In this document: one piece after another, positions 63,403-64,000 of the stretch
Layout of the letters: the number at the start of each line of letters is the position of its first letter
How positions within the stretch are numbered: position 1 is the first letter of the stretch
From: Macrostomum lignano
Taxonomy: Eukaryota
Length of the DNA stretch: 64,000 nucleotides
Direction: 5' to 3'
Assembly (NCBI GenBank): GCA_002269645.1
Contig: NIVC01001700.1
Location: 262,394-326,393 of the forward strand
Position numbers and translations under genes: made by a program
Notes under the pieces: model-generated
The model's input: only the letters and a program-made list of their open reading frames with translations
What the model was told of the DNA's origin: nothing
Databases searched by the model: none

Positions 63403-64000
63403 CTCAGATTCAGTGAGAGTGGCTGCTCAGATTCAGTGAGAGTGGCTGCTCAGATTCAGTGAGAGTGGCTGCTCAGATTCAGTGAGAGTGGCTGCTCAGA
63501 TTCAGTGAGAGTGGCTGCTCATATTCAGTGAGAGTGGCTGCTCAGATTCAGTGAGAGTGGCTGCTCAGATTTAGTGAGAGTGACTGCTCATGCTTAGATT
63601 CAGTGAGAGTGGCTGCTCAGATTCAGTGAGAGTGGCTGCTCAGATTCAGTGAGAGTGGCTGCTTAGATTAAGTGAGAGTGACTGCTCAGATTTAGTGAGA
63701 GTGGCTGCTAGATTCAGTGAGAGTGGCTGCTCAGATTCAGTGAGAGTGGCTGCTCAGATTCAGTGAGAGTGGCTGCTCAGATTTAGTGAGAGTGGCTGCT
63801 CAGATTTAGTGAGAGTGGCTGCTCAGATTCAGTGAGAGTGGCTGTTTCAGATTCAGTGAGAGTGGCTGCTCAGATTCAGTGAGAGTGGCTGCTCAGATTC
63901 AGGGAGAGTGGCTGCTCAGATTCAGTGAGAGTGCTGCTCAGATTCAGTGAGAGTGGCCTGCTCAGATTCAGTGAGAGTGGCTGCTCAGATTCAGTGAGAG
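63403..64000. repeat. 23-mer array (GCTCAGATTCAGTGAGAGTGGCT)
   Basis: Tandem copies to the end of the window, presumably in an MSH4 intron. Confidence 0.97.

Overview
This is eukaryotic genomic DNA, with short GC-rich exons in introns packed with minisatellites. The style suggests a free-living flatworm such as Macrostomum, which is an inference only. Six protein-coding genes were reconstructed by hand from splice sites, reading phase and paralog alignment. (1, 2) A head-to-head pair of ionotropic-receptor/iGluR genes resembling IR25a: gene 1 on the minus strand (15169 to beyond base 1) and gene 2 on the plus strand (18420-32633, 789 aa). Both have a signal peptide, an ATD of about 355 aa, S1/S2, an LQQG pore loop and an unusual YTADMIGY M3 gate. 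(3) An intronless somatostatin/allatostatin-C-like GPCR (40945-42174, minus). (4, 5) Two tandem 5-exon DHDH paralogs (42975-48019 and 50658-54769, minus). (6) The 5' part of MSH4 (from 59528, plus). The rest is about 25 unrelated tandem arrays plus SINE, RTE/L2 LINE, mariner, hAT-MITE and Helitron-like pieces. The most notable observations are an 85-bp array that multiplies the pore-loop splice acceptor seven times, reciprocal GT/GC donors between the receptor paralogs, a mosaic gene-conversion pattern in DHDH exon 2, a Helitron-like element carrying a tandem array, a dimeric structured element in a DHDH intron, and a TAGGCCTA cluster. All long ORFs inside the arrays are judged non-coding. No CRISPR array, rRNA or intact tRNA was found. 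Array boundaries are approximate.
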